Shown: positions 63,530 to 64,000 of the stretch, piece by piece
How positions within the stretch are numbered: position 1 is the first letter of the stretch
Layout of the letters: each line of letters starts with the position of its first letter
Assembly (NCBI RefSeq): GCF_963921235.1
Contig: NC_086118.1
Coordinates: 23,376,001-23,440,000, forward strand
From: Mobula hypostoma
Taxonomy: Eukaryota
DNA length: 64,000 bases
Direction of reading: 5' to 3'
Notes under the pieces: model-generated
Told to the model about the DNA's origin: nothing
Database searches by the model: none
Seen by the model: the letters and a program-made list of their open reading frames with translations, nothing else
Made by a program: the position numbers and the translations under genes

Positions 63530-63800
63530 TGAATTTATAAAGCACAGAAACAGGCCCTTTAGCTCAATCTGTCCATGCAAACCAAGTTGTCTACTTGAGC
63601 TAGTCGTATTTGTGTTTCTGGTCCATATCTCTCTAAATCTTTCCTAGCAATATTCCCATCAAAATGTCCTTTAAATTATCTGCCTCTACCTCTTCCTCTG
63701 GCAGCTCATTCCATATATTGACCACCCTCTGTGTGGAAAAATTTGCCCTTAAGATCCCTCTTAAACCTTTCCTCTCTTACCTTAAAATTATTTTCAGCAG
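63530..63800 (-). mobile_element. CR1 LINE 3' end (decayed)
   Basis: AGCACAGAAACAGGCCCTT tail; CTCTGGCAGCTCATTCCA...ACCACCCTCTGTGTGGAAAA. Confidence 0.8.
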
Positions 63801-64000
63801 TTTAGGGATATCAGGGCTTGCTCTCCTATTATTCTTTGTGTGGGAAAGGGGAATGCACTCCTTTGGTTGATGGTGAATGCTCTGGAAACTATTTTGATTC
63901 CTGAGCCACTTTGAGGTTAAAGCAAAGGAAAGGTCTCAGAAATAATGGAGGGAGATTCAGCTTCCAATTCTTTAAATGATCTTTCTACTCCTTTGAGTGG

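Overview
Eukaryotic (vertebrate) non-coding DNA, most likely from a cartilaginous fish. This is inferred from the HE1/V-SINE-type SINEs with CR1 tails, Deu-domain SINEs, CR1, L2, Rex1/Babar and RTE LINEs, Penelope-like elements (PLE), Gypsy relics and a Tc1 derivative. I found no intact host protein-coding gene: every recognisable ORF is a decayed transposon fragment, so the window looks like a large intron or intergenic region. The strongest structural observations follow. (1) A 190-bp PLE terminal-repeat insertion with a 12-bp TSD carries two back-to-back, divergently oriented minimal hammerhead-ribozyme motifs in a 49-bp-arm palindrome (61156-61345); decayed hammerhead-type copies are scattered through the window. 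(2) A complete 1.37-kb non-autonomous two-LTR element has a perfect 5-bp TSD (42265-43638). (3) Several insertions were copied from nearby sequence (2918-2963, 43750-43924, 55925-56029). (4) A Rex1-LINE/chromoviral-Gypsy junction reads in frame (~16590). (5) There is an ancient ~450-bp fold-back element (18154-18598), and two solo LTRs. Family names come from my recognition of motifs, not from database searches.
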